A stretch of 64,000 nt of DNA, from contig CP170459.1 in NCBI GenBank assembly GCA_047947115.1, forward strand, positions 5,440,001-5,504,000, written 5' to 3'. Each line of letters begins with the position of its first letter. Position 1 is the stretch's first letter. The notes under the pieces are model-generated. The model was given only the letters and a program-made list of their open reading frames with translations, was not told where the DNA came from and searched no databases. Made by a program: the position numbers and the translations under genes. Below are positions 21,576 to 31,344 of this stretch, piece after piece. The DNA is from Verrucomicrobiota bacterium (GTDB lineage Bacteria > Verrucomicrobiota > Verrucomicrobiia > Limisphaerales > AAA164-E04).

Positions 21576-22559
21576 TCAACTTTGCGCGGCAGCCATGACG
21601 GCTCGTTTGACAGCGGCCTTTACCATATGCATTTTAAAGCCGTTTCGGCTCAGCGGACGTGCCCCACGTACGGCGGCCTCTGCACATTTTTCGGCCAACT
21701 CGTCATCAATGACCGATCCATTCAACAGATTGGAAGCATGAATGGCAGGCCACGGACGAGGTGCCACGTGTCCCAGCACGATCGATCCTCCATCAGCACG
21801 CCCATCCTTCGCCTGAAAAGCGACCGAGGCGGTGACATAAGGCCAGTCCAATCCGGATCGATGCCGAACTTCGTAAGTAGCGTTCTTCAAGCCGGAAGCG
21901 GGGATGCTGACCGATTCCACCAAGTCATTGGCGCCAAGAATGGTTTCCCTCTCCATTTCCGAGGAAGGAGTTTTGAAAAACTCGGCGGCCCCCACGGTGC
22001 GGATCACTCCTCGCCCTGTCCCCATCGCAATGTTGACGTGAGCTCCGAGGGCGGCCAAGGCAGGCCCCAGACTGGATGGGCTCACGAACAAGGCTGGTCC
22101 GTCGTTGCCAAATATGGCGTGATACCGATTATCACCTTCTTCAATAAGCGAAACACCATCTTTGGTGGGAAACAAGCCCATTCCATTTCGGAAGAACCAA
22201 CAACGGGGACGTTGGCACAAATCACCGCCCACGGTCCCCAAGGCCCTCATCTGAGCACTGCCGATGCCCTTGACAGCTGTGACCAGTGACGGAAACTGCC
22301 GTTGGACGGCGGGATGCGCGGCAAGGTCTTTCAGGGACACCATGGCGCCGATGGTCACTTCCTTTTGGGAGACCTCGATGCGTTTCAACGAAGGAATATT
22401 TTTAAGGCTCACCAGGCGTTTAGGCTGTGTTATCCCCTGTTTCATGCAGGTGATCAGGTCCATACCGCCCGCCAACACTTCAGATTCTCCACGCCCACCT
22501 GTCAAAAAGCCAACGGCCTCCTGAATCGAATCCGGCGCTACGTATTCAAATGATTTCAT
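21576..22559 (-). CDS. Xanthine dehydrogenase family FAD-binding subunit (PaoB/YagS-like)
   Basis: Motifs LAGGMDL, TVGGDLCQRPRC and LGHVAPRPW. Confidence 0.88.
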   Translation of the reverse strand: MKSFEYVAPDSIQEAVGFLTGGRGESEVLAGGMDLITCMKQGITQPKRLVSLKNIPSLKRIEVSQKEVTIGAMVSLKDLAAHPAVQRQFPSLVTAVKGIGSAQMRALGTVGGDLCQRPRCWFFRNGMGLFPTKDGVSLIEEGDNRYHAIFGNDGPALFVSPSSLGPALAALGAHVNIAMGTGRGVIRTVGAAEFFKTPSSEMERETILGANDLVESVSIPASGLKNATYEVRHRSGLDWPYVTASVAFQAKDGRADGGSIVLGHVAPRPWPAIHASNLLNGSVIDDELAEKCAEAAVRGARPLSRNGFKMHMVKAAVKRAVMAAAQS

Positions 22560-24697
22560 GCGATGTTTCCTCCCTTCTGCAAAGCGTCGATGACTCGATC
22601 CGGCGTTAACGGCAGGTGTGGCACCCGCACGCCGATGGCGTTGGCCACCGCATTGGAGATCGCCGCCCCCGGCGAAATCACCGGAGGTTCGCCCAAGCCA
22701 ATGACACCACGTTCGTCGTATCCCTTTCCTGTCATCATGTGCACCTTGAGTTTTCCGACATCCTTGATGCCGGCGAGTCGATAGAATTCCATGTCGGCAT
22801 TGAGCATTTGTCCGGTCTTTGGATCATACACGGATTCCTCGAACAGGGAATAAGTAATCCCCATGATCAAGGCTCCATAAACCTGACTTTCGGCCAACTT
22901 CATGTTGATGATCAATCCGATATCCTGAACCGCCACCATTTCGTTGACCGAAACCACGCCGGTTTCAATATCCACCGAAACATCGGCAATCTGGACCCCG
23001 CCCACACCTGCATCGATCAATCCTTCCTCGACACTGGCATTGGGATCATTCACACCGCGTTTGTTGATGGTATTGGCCCCGAGAGCCGCGCAGGCGTCCT
23101 TCCAGGAAATGCGGTTGTCCGTCTTGTCAATCTGACGAATATGGCCGTCAATCGCTTCCAGATTATCGGCAGTTGTTCCCAGGCGACCTGCGACCACTTG
23201 AAGCAGCGCGTTCAAAGCATCGGTTGCCGCCCTGCGAGAGGAAACCGAAATACCGCCAATGGTCGTGCTTCCCCCGGAAGCACCCGACGCGGGGTAAGCG
23301 TTGCGTCCCAACTGGACTTGAACCACATCGTGAGGCAACCCCAGGGTCTCACCTACCACCATGCCAACGCAGGTGCGTGTCCCGACGCCAAGATCCTGAG
23401 ATCCCAGCTTTGCCTCAACAGTGCCGTCCGAGTGAATCGAAACGTCGCATTCCGAGGGGTGTCCTCGCCCGCCCCAAGTATGCAGGGAGATACCCAGCCC
23501 GCGTTTGACCGGACCAGATGTCAAATTATCACGCAAATGTGCCTTCTGGCGGTAACCGATGATGTTGGCGGCGATGCGCAATTCTTCACGATAAACCTCG
23601 GGGCGATCGGTCAATGCCGTATTGGCCAGGAAGAAGTCCAGCTCGTCCATTCCCAGCAAGGCTGCAGCGTCGGCGGCAGCAGACATGGTGATCAGGCATC
23701 CCTGCGGATGAGCCGGTGCCCGCCAGGCTCGGGAACTGCCGGTGTTGGTCCGGATTCCCTTGGTGAGCAATCGGGTGTTCTCCACCTTGGTAAAAACGTA
23801 TGGAACCGGCAAAGCTCGAAAACCACCGTTTCCTCCAGTCCCCCACACCTCCGCTTCAACCGCGCTGATCAAACCGTTCGGATGCAGCCCCACCCGAGCG
23901 TTTGCGAATGCGGAGGGACGAGAACCCGCTACCTTCAGTTCGGTGTCACGTTCCAGCATCAATTTGACAGCACGTCCGGTTTTCTGAGCCAGTTTCGCAC
24001 AGAGAATCCCCCAGTTATCCACACCAAATTTGGAACCAAAACCTCCACCCATGTGCTGGCAGTCCACTTTGACCTGATTCTGGGGTATGTTGACAGCATC
24101 GCCGAATTGACCGGCGTATCCGGACACGTTTTGTGTGGAAGGCCAGGCCAACAGCTCGTTGTCCTTGGTGATTTCGATCACCTGACCATGAGATTCGAGA
24201 CAGCAGTGGGTAATGATGGCCATCCCGTAGTGACCTTTGGAAACAACAGCGGCCGCTTCAAAGGCTTTGTCTACATCACCCTCAGAACGTTCACCCACGC
24301 GACCGTCAAATTGCCCCAGGTCCGAATCCACCACCTGGTGCTCGAGCAACTCCACATTGAGCTTGACCATATTACGGGCTTCAATGGCTTGCTCCTCGGT
24401 TTCCGCAACCACGGCACCCACCACCTGGCCGCAATAGCGAATTTCTTCGCCGATCAAATCTTCCTGTATCTCCGCAGCAACGTAACCGGCAACACCTTCC
24501 GCCGCCGACAAGTCGACACTGATCAACTTGGCATGCGCGTAAGGCGAGGTAATGGCCTTCGCGTGCAACATGCCTTTGCGGTTGATATCGTAGGAATATT
24601 TTGCTTCACCAGACACTTTGACAGGACCATCGACGCGGCTGATGCGCTTGCCGATGACACTGCGATCGCCCTCTTTGGGCCATGCGACATTAGCCAT
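22556..24697 (-). CDS. Xanthine dehydrogenase family molybdopterin-binding subunit (PaoC/YagR-like)
   Basis: Motifs RVDGPVKVSG, GGGFGSK, AWRAP, QDLGVG, SGGSTT and catalytic GLGEP. Confidence 0.9.
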   Translation of the reverse strand: MANVAWPKEGDRSVIGKRISRVDGPVKVSGEAKYSYDINRKGMLHAKAITSPYAHAKLISVDLSAAEGVAGYVAAEIQEDLIGEEIRYCGQVVGAVVAETEEQAIEARNMVKLNVELLEHQVVDSDLGQFDGRVGERSEGDVDKAFEAAAVVSKGHYGMAIITHCCLESHGQVIEITKDNELLAWPSTQNVSGYAGQFGDAVNIPQNQVKVDCQHMGGGFGSKFGVDNWGILCAKLAQKTGRAVKLMLERDTELKVAGSRPSAFANARVGLHPNGLISAVEAEVWGTGGNGGFRALPVPYVFTKVENTRLLTKGIRTNTGSSRAWRAPAHPQGCLITMSAAADAAALLGMDELDFFLANTALTDRPEVYREELRIAANIIGYRQKAHLRDNLTSGPVKRGLGISLHTWGGRGHPSECDVSIHSDGTVEAKLGSQDLGVGTRTCVGMVVGETLGLPHDVVQVQLGRNAYPASGASGGSTTIGGISVSSRRAATDALNALLQVVAGRLGTTADNLEAIDGHIRQIDKTDNRISWKDACAALGANTINKRGVNDPNASVEEGLIDAGVGGVQIADVSVDIETGVVSVNEMVAVQDIGLIINMKLAESQVYGALIMGITYSLFEESVYDPKTGQMLNADMEFYRLAGIKDVGKLKVHMMTGKGYDERGVIGLGEPPVISPGAAISNAVANAIGVRVPHLPLTPDRVIDALQKGGNIA

Positions 24698-25319
24698 TGG
24701 AACCTCCTTTGTTTTTGGCTGCGTCCGATACTGCCAGCATCATGCCGGCATAGGTGCCGCAACGACATAAATTACCACCGAGCCCCTCCCTCACTTCGTC
24801 CACCGTTGCATTGGGGTTGTCTCGAACGAACGCTGTGGAGGCCATCACAAATCCGGGCGTACAAAAACCACACTGTTGGGCATCCCGCTCGACAAAGGAT
24901 TCCTGAACTTTGGTCAGGTTCTTGGAGGATCCGAGGCCTTCCACCGTGGTGACGGCGCGCCCTTCTGCTTCAACCGCCAAAACCGAACAGGCATATACCG
25001 GATCTCCGTCCAGCAACACCGTGCAGGCCCCGCATGTCGCCTTATCGCAGACCTTTTTGGCGCCTGTGATGTCAAGTCGATTCCTCATTAGATCCAGAAG
25101 GGTCACCCTGGGTTCCACACGAACACGGTGCGTTTTTCCATTGATGTTGAGTGTGATGGGGATCTCTCCGGGGCCTTTGATCCCTTTCTGAGCCGCTTGA
25201 GCGTCATGCATGCTCGCCTCGGACAGAAGCCCGGTCGCCGCGCCGCCTGCACCGATGCCCTTCAGAAATCCACGACGGGACATTTCTGAGAAGTCGGAAT
25301 GATTTTGTTCCTTTGCCAT
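24690..25319 (-). CDS. 2x[2Fe-2S] subunit with Tat signal (PaoA/YagT-like)
   Basis: SRRGFLK, CDKATCGACTV, QCGFCTPG and NLCRC. Confidence 0.92.
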   Translation of the reverse strand: MAKEQNHSDFSEMSRRGFLKGIGAGGAATGLLSEASMHDAQAAQKGIKGPGEIPITLNINGKTHRVRVEPRVTLLDLMRNRLDITGAKKVCDKATCGACTVLLDGDPVYACSVLAVEAEGRAVTTVEGLGSSKNLTKVQESFVERDAQQCGFCTPGFVMASTAFVRDNPNATVDEVREGLGGNLCRCGTYAGMMLAVSDAAKNKGGSNG

Positions 25320-25486
25320 TTAATTGCCTTTCCAGTTGGGTTTTGTCCTCACGTCAATCCGCAGCGTGCACAAATTGTCACACCAACTCCCGAGGAGCAT
25401 GATTGACTGACGTCACTGGGTAATGACTTGCCATCGTGCAGGAGAAAAGGCAGATTTGCCAGTAAATTTTCCCGAAAAGAAAACGT

Positions 25487-26227
25487 ATGCAGAGCAGGAA
25501 TGGGCATCTTTGGAAGTTAGCATTAGCCATCGGGTTTTCCGTTGGTTGGGCTCCGACTTTGGACTTGAAGGCCGAAACCTCCCAGAACAAAAACGCAGCA
25601 ACTTCCATCAGCGGCACCGTCAGTTACCAGACGGATGCACAGCACCCATGGCGATTCGGACGCTACTACATCAAAGGCAAAGACAAGCACCTTGCCGAAG
25701 CCGTCGTGGAACTCATCCCGGTTTCACCCAACACATCCTTTCCGCCTCAAATAAACAGAACTCCCAAAACCTATCTCATGGACCAGGAGAATTTCATGTT
25801 TGTTCCGGAAACACTGGCTGTTCAACTGGGAGACAAAGTTCGTTTCAAAAACAGTGAAGAAGCGTTTCACAATGTGATGTGCCTGGATGATAAGCCGCCC
25901 TTCAACGTGAATCTCGCCAAGGGACAGGAGTACATCCACGAACCAAAAGTGGCCGATGGCACCCTAAAACCACTGAACATCCGTTGCGTATTTCATGGTT
26001 CAATGAAGGGTTGGCTGGTAGTGGTTCCACATCAACATTACAAATTGACCGACGCCTCGGGGGCCTTCCAATTCAAGAACTTTCCAGCCGGCACCTACAA
26101 ATTGCGTGTCATCCATCCTGCGGGAGACTTGGTTCTGGAAACGGACGCACGCGAAATCACGGAAGGCGGTTCAATCCAATGGAACATCGCCCTTTCCCCG
26201 GATCATTTAAGAAAAACAAAACAATAA
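25487..26227 (+). CDS. Secreted cupredoxin-like / carboxypeptidase-regulatory-like domain protein
   Basis: Signal-like N-terminus. Motifs DQENFMFVP, HNV, CVFHGSM and GTYKLRVIHP. Confidence 0.7.
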   Translation: MQSRNGHLWKLALAIGFSVGWAPTLDLKAETSQNKNAATSISGTVSYQTDAQHPWRFGRYYIKGKDKHLAEAVVELIPVSPNTSFPPQINRTPKTYLMDQENFMFVPETLAVQLGDKVRFKNSEEAFHNVMCLDDKPPFNVNLAKGQEYIHEPKVADGTLKPLNIRCVFHGSMKGWLVVVPHQHYKLTDASGAFQFKNFPAGTYKLRVIHPAGDLVLETDAREITEGGSIQWNIALSPDHLRKTKQ

Positions 26228-26267
26228 ACCAGATCAACAATCAAAAGCATTCCACTCTTCTCAGCTC

Positions 26268-27497
26268 ATGAAAGATCCCATGTCATCCACCGATTCAAAC
26301 ACCTCACCTGTATCTCATCAAATCAACCGACGCCAGGCCATTGAACGTGGTTTGAAATGGGCGGGCGTGGGCATGACCCTTCCGGGATCGGCATGGGCTG
26401 CCTTTGATCGACAACGCCCAGATGAGGAATCCGTTCCATTCGAGGACACTCCCAGAGCACGTGAAAACCGACTGGACTGGGAGATGCTCAATGACTGGAT
26501 CACCCCTCAAAACCAGGTGTTCAACGTTCAGCACTACGGCATGCCTGAATTTGACGCTTCCAAATTTCAATTAACCATCGACGGACTGGTCGGCAACCCC
26601 ATGACTCTTTCCATGGATGACATCCGTGCTCTGCCGAAAAAAGAACAACCCATGACACTCGAATGCTCCGGCAACGGCTCGAACAAGGGGTTCATGGACG
26701 CCATCTACAACAGCAAATGGGGCGGCACTCCCCTTGCCTCGCTCCTGGAAAAATGTGAACTCGATCCAAAAGCCATCGAGGTTGTTTTTTACGGCAAAGA
26801 CACCAAGGAAGAAATCCTGAGACCCGGCACCAACCGGGAGCTCAAAATTGAAGTCCCCTACGGACGCAGCATGACACTGGAAGATGCCATGAACCTGCCA
26901 TTGCTCCTGGCTTACGAACGCAACGGCGCTCCCATGGAATATCGCAACGGCGCCCCGCTTCGACTCATCGTTCCGGGCTGGTATGGGGTCGCCAACGTCA
27001 AATGGCTGACCCGAATCGAATTGCGCGACCGTCGCTACATGGGGCGTTACATGGCCCGCGATTATGTCACCGTGCGCGGTGAACGCAGGAATAAGGAGGA
27101 CATCACCTTCGTGGAAACCTCTGTCACCCGCATGAACCTGAAATCCGTCATCGCCAGAGTCACCCGACGCCCCACTCAAAACGGAATTATCCCGCTTCGG
27201 GCCTACGGAGCGGCATGGGGCGACGGCACCGGGCTGGATCGGGTCGAAGTAAGATTAAACAACGGCAATTGGCAGCGTGCGGAGTGGGACACTTCCATTC
27301 CTCAGGAAAAATATTGCTGGAGGTTTTTCTGGATCGACCTCGGTGATGTTCCCCCGGGTGATCACACACTCGTTTCCCGGGCCATTGACGCGAACGGCCG
27401 CATACAGCCATCCGCAGACGACGATGAAATCGCACTGAAGAAGACTTACTGGGAAGCTTACCAGCAGTGGCCGCGCAAAATCGTGCTGGAATCATAG
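26268..27497 (+). CDS. Sulfite oxidase family molybdoenzyme, probably Tat-exported
   Basis: NRRQAI, Mo ligand TLECSGN, NGAPLRLIVPGWYG, VKWL and an Ig-like dimerisation domain. Confidence 0.88.
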   Translation: MKDPMSSTDSNTSPVSHQINRRQAIERGLKWAGVGMTLPGSAWAAFDRQRPDEESVPFEDTPRARENRLDWEMLNDWITPQNQVFNVQHYGMPEFDASKFQLTIDGLVGNPMTLSMDDIRALPKKEQPMTLECSGNGSNKGFMDAIYNSKWGGTPLASLLEKCELDPKAIEVVFYGKDTKEEILRPGTNRELKIEVPYGRSMTLEDAMNLPLLLAYERNGAPMEYRNGAPLRLIVPGWYGVANVKWLTRIELRDRRYMGRYMARDYVTVRGERRNKEDITFVETSVTRMNLKSVIARVTRRPTQNGIIPLRAYGAAWGDGTGLDRVEVRLNNGNWQRAEWDTSIPQEKYCWRFFWIDLGDVPPGDHTLVSRAIDANGRIQPSADDDEIALKKTYWEAYQQWPRKIVLES

Positions 27498-27564
27498 GAA
27501 TGGAGCAAGGCCCAACCAGCTTGTAGTGGGAAACAAAACGAGGTAGATTCCATCAGGACCGGGC

Positions 27565-28500
27565 ATGACGGAGTTCGACAAGGAATCATTAAAGGTGTCA
27601 GGACGAGGGTCGCGAAAAATTCCGCGGTCATTCAAGGAGCTGACCCCCACCAAAGCATTTAATCCGGCGACCTTTTTTTATGAAATGGTCTGGAAGGCGT
27701 TCCTCACCAAACGATCCGGCGAACACAAAAAACCGGACTTCCCGGTCATCCAAAATGACGAACTGGCTTTGACTTGGATTGGACACGCATCCTTCCTGAT
27801 TCAGTTCAGGGACATGAACGCCATGGTGGACCCCAATTTCGCCAATTGGTTATTCTGGCAAAAACGCGTTCGCAAGACGGGGCTCAAATTACAGGATGTC
27901 CCCCCTCTGGATCTGGTCATGATCACACATGCCCATTTCGATCATTTCCACAAAGCCAGCCTGCGCAAGCTTCCCACTCGCATCGCTGTGGTTCCGTGGG
28001 GAGTGGGTGATTTGGTCAAAGGGCTCGGTTTTGAAAGGGTGGTCGAACTGGAGTGGTGGGAAAGCTTTTCACACGGAGACTGGAAAGTCACCTTCACCCC
28101 GAGCAAACATTGGGGCGCACGAGTCATTCATGACGACCATCGGGGCTTTGGAGGATATGTGCTGGAACACAGCGGTCGACGGATCTACCACGCCGGCGAC
28201 AGCGCTTACTTCAACGGCTTTCATGAAATCGGAAAACGATGTCAACCCGAGATTGCACTCCTTCCGATCGGTGCCTACTTTCCCGATTCATTCCGACGTG
28301 TGCACATGGGACCGGATGAGGCCCTGCAGACATTCAAAGACCTGAAAGCATCCTGGATGGTACCTATGCATTACGGATCTTTCAAATTGTCCTTTGAAGA
28401 CATGGATGAACCACCCCGTTGGTTGGGCGAACTTGCGGAGGAACAGGGCTTGACCGATCAAATCAAGGTCATGGAAGAAGGGGTGCCACATGTCTTTTAA
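27565..28500 (+). CDS. MBL-fold metallo-hydrolase
   Basis: Motifs WIGHAS, THAHFDH, HAGDS and PMHYG. Confidence 0.88.
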   Translation: MTEFDKESLKVSGRGSRKIPRSFKELTPTKAFNPATFFYEMVWKAFLTKRSGEHKKPDFPVIQNDELALTWIGHASFLIQFRDMNAMVDPNFANWLFWQKRVRKTGLKLQDVPPLDLVMITHAHFDHFHKASLRKLPTRIAVVPWGVGDLVKGLGFERVVELEWWESFSHGDWKVTFTPSKHWGARVIHDDHRGFGGYVLEHSGRRIYHAGDSAYFNGFHEIGKRCQPEIALLPIGAYFPDSFRRVHMGPDEALQTFKDLKASWMVPMHYGSFKLSFEDMDEPPRWLGELAEEQGLTDQIKVMEEGVPHVF

Positions 28501-28840
28501 AAGACATGTGTGGCCTGCATTAATCCTGACAACATTGATCTTTGCAGGATTCGCCACATTGCCAATACCTCTGTGGCTGGCCTACCTCGGTGCCATCAAT
28601 CTGGTGACGCTCGGATTTTACGGGTGGGATAAATGGAGAGCCATCAAGCAGAAATCGCGAACTCCTGAATGGAGTCTGCACCTGCTTGCCTTGTTGGGTG
28701 GCTCTCCCGGAGCCTGGGTTGCACAACAATTCTTTCGACACAAGACAATCAAACGATCCTTCCGCATCGTTTTTTGGACCATTGTCGCACTACAGATCAT
28801 CACATGGATACTCTGGTGGCGTTATCTGCGATCCCATTGA
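28490..28840 (+). CDS. DUF1294 membrane protein
   Basis: Motifs YGWDKWRA, RTPE, LLGGSPGA and RHKTIK. Confidence 0.85.
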   Translation: MSFKRHVWPALILTTLIFAGFATLPIPLWLAYLGAINLVTLGFYGWDKWRAIKQKSRTPEWSLHLLALLGGSPGAWVAQQFFRHKTIKRSFRIVFWTIVALQIITWILWWRYLRSH

Positions 28841-28939
28841 ACAGATACGTCCCTTTACCTTCGGAAGACTTGTGCCCGATACGGATTTTTTCTAGGATCT
28901 CCGCCTTTATCGAACAATCATGTATCAACACACCTGCTG

Positions 28940-31201
28940 GTGACCAAAACAAATAAACAGATTATTAGATTACTGCGGAATTGCTTACATATTCTGATTG
29001 TCCTACTGTGCGCCATCAAAACCGCCGGCCCGGCCTGGTCAGCGGACAATGCCCACGAAGCGACAGATCCTGAGTCCAAACCGCAGACCGAACCCGCCGG
29101 CAAACCATCGATCCGGGCCATTCGTGTGGAGGTCGGCCCGGATATCGACGGCAAGCTGGACGAAGGACTATGGAAGAACGCGCCAGCCGCCGGCCCCCTG
29201 TGGCAATACGATCCCCTGGCCGGGGTTGAAATGACCGAACGAACGGAGTTTCGGGTCGTTTACGATGACCATAACATTTATATTGGCGTTTGGTGCTACG
29301 ATTCAGAACCTGAAAAAATCAACGCCCGCGTCATGCAAAGAGACAATCGATCGATATACAGCGACGATTATCTTTACATGGCATTCGACACATTTCATGA
29401 CCAACGCAACGGCTACATCTTCGTCGTCAACCCCAACGGCGCACGATACGATCAGATCGTCAGCAACAACATCTTCCTGAACGCCAACTGGGACGGAGTC
29501 TGGCAAGCTGCCGGTAGCATCGACGATGAAGGGTGGAAAGCGGAATTGTCCATCCCTTTCAAGTCCCTCAGTTTTGATCCCAACAGCGAAATCTGGGGAT
29601 TCAACATCAGCCGCTCGATCGCTCGCAAAGTGGAACGTGGCCGATGGACAGGTGCACAGCCTCACCTGCACACGTATCATGTGAGCCAAGGCGGGGACAT
29701 CATCGGCTTATCCGGACTGAAACAAGGCCTTGGGATCGAGGTATCTCCTTACCTTTTGGGACGCCTGACCCGCAATGGGGAAACCAACATGACCGGAGAT
29801 TTCGGGACCGACGCACGTTACCGCATCACACCCAACCTGAGTGCCACTCTGAGCTACAACACCGATTTTGCCGAAGCAGAAGTAGATCAACGTCAGTTGA
29901 ATTTCACCCGTTTTCCTCTCTTCTTTCCGGAACGAAGGGCATTCTTTCTGGAAGATAGCGGGGTGTTTGAGTACGGGGGACTATCCGTATCGGGAGGTTC
30001 CCGCGGCCTCAGCCGCCCGGTCATCCCCTTCTTCACTCGTCGTATTGGTCGCGACAATGACGGTGCGACAGTGCCTATAATGGTCGCTGGCAAAATGGCG
30101 GGCCGCGTCGGTAAATACAACATGGGCATTACGGACGCGGTGCTGGAAGATCACAACGGACTCGGCATGCAGAATGTTTTTGCCGGAAGGATCTCGCGGG
30201 ATATCTGGGAACAATCCAGCGTCGGCATGCTCTCAACCATCGGCGATCCCAATTCCGAAAATGAAAACTATGTAGCCGGTCCGGACCTGCGTTTCAGAAC
30301 CGCTGATTTCCTGAATGGAAACGTGCTGGAGGCTAACTTTTTTGCACTCGGTTCACGCACCGATGGTCAACTTTCTGATAACGGATTCAGTTATGGTACT
30401 TCCATTGCTTATCCCAATAATTTGATCAGCGCCAACGCTCAATACATCGAAGTGTCCGACGCTTTTGACCCGGCCCTGGGATTCGTTCGCAGAAAGGATG
30501 TGCGGGGTTACTACACCTACTTCAGTGTCAACCCACGCCCCAGCCGCCCCGCCTGGTTAAGGCAGTATCACGTCACCTATACCACCGAACATTTCACCGA
30601 CCGATCCAACTCACTGGAAACCGCGGAGCATCGCATCACACCTCTCTGGCTGGAGCTGAATTCAGGCGACGATATCTTCTTCAGCTACACGCGGGAATTC
30701 GACGGACCGGATGAGGATTTCACCATTCTGGAAGACCTGACAATTCCTGCCGGTGAGTATTGGTGGAATCAATACCGCGTTGGCATCGACTTTGCCAGTC
30801 GCCGCAAAGTTTCAGGAGAACTGAACGCATCTTACGGGGATTTTTATATGGGAGACCGGTGGCGCATGGGATCTGAAGTGGCTTATTACCCATGGAAACG
30901 ACTGGGGTTGAGTATGGACTACGCCTATAATCACGTGAGTTTTCCAAATGGCGTCGCCGATGCCCACATTGCTGCAGGCCGAACTTTGATCAATTTCACC
31001 ACCAATCTGACCTGGGCACATCTGGTCCAATACGACAGCCTCTCCGACTCGGTTGGATACAACAGCCGCCTGATTTGGGAATACCGTCCGGGCTCCAAAT
31101 TCTATGCCGTTTTCAACCAGAATTACCTCGCCGAAAACCTGACCTTCACCCTGCGCGAAACGGAAGTCACTCTGAAAGTAGGCGCCATTTTCCGCTTTTA
31201 A
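28940..31201 (+). CDS. CBM9-like domain plus outer-membrane barrel protein (DUF5916-like)
   Basis: CBM9 motifs IDGKLDE and WKAELSIPF, then NTDFAEAEVD, RFPLFFPERR and C-terminal Phe. Confidence 0.75.
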   Translation: MTKTNKQIIRLLRNCLHILIVLLCAIKTAGPAWSADNAHEATDPESKPQTEPAGKPSIRAIRVEVGPDIDGKLDEGLWKNAPAAGPLWQYDPLAGVEMTERTEFRVVYDDHNIYIGVWCYDSEPEKINARVMQRDNRSIYSDDYLYMAFDTFHDQRNGYIFVVNPNGARYDQIVSNNIFLNANWDGVWQAAGSIDDEGWKAELSIPFKSLSFDPNSEIWGFNISRSIARKVERGRWTGAQPHLHTYHVSQGGDIIGLSGLKQGLGIEVSPYLLGRLTRNGETNMTGDFGTDARYRITPNLSATLSYNTDFAEAEVDQRQLNFTRFPLFFPERRAFFLEDSGVFEYGGLSVSGGSRGLSRPVIPFFTRRIGRDNDGATVPIMVAGKMAGRVGKYNMGITDAVLEDHNGLGMQNVFAGRISRDIWEQSSVGMLSTIGDPNSENENYVAGPDLRFRTADFLNGNVLEANFFALGSRTDGQLSDNGFSYGTSIAYPNNLISANAQYIEVSDAFDPALGFVRRKDVRGYYTYFSVNPRPSRPAWLRQYHVTYTTEHFTDRSNSLETAEHRITPLWLELNSGDDIFFSYTREFDGPDEDFTILEDLTIPAGEYWWNQYRVGIDFASRRKVSGELNASYGDFYMGDRWRMGSEVAYYPWKRLGLSMDYAYNHVSFPNGVADAHIAAGRTLINFTTNLTWAHLVQYDSLSDSVGYNSRLIWEYRPGSKFYAVFNQNYLAENLTFTLRETEVTLKVGAIFRF

Positions 31202-31344
31202 GCCAGGTGGAACGGGGTGTCCCGGTATTCCACACTCACAGCATTCTCATTCAAAAGGGCTCTCAAACGCAATTCCAACAGTAACCGATATCTCACATCC
31301 CGCTTTGTGATCGCTCGCAATCAGATCATGACAATCCAACCCGC

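Noticed and set aside
22616..24952. 778-aa plus-strand ORF
   Set aside because: It is antisense to the well-supported Mo-binding subunit and has no recognisable motifs, so it is a shadow ORF.
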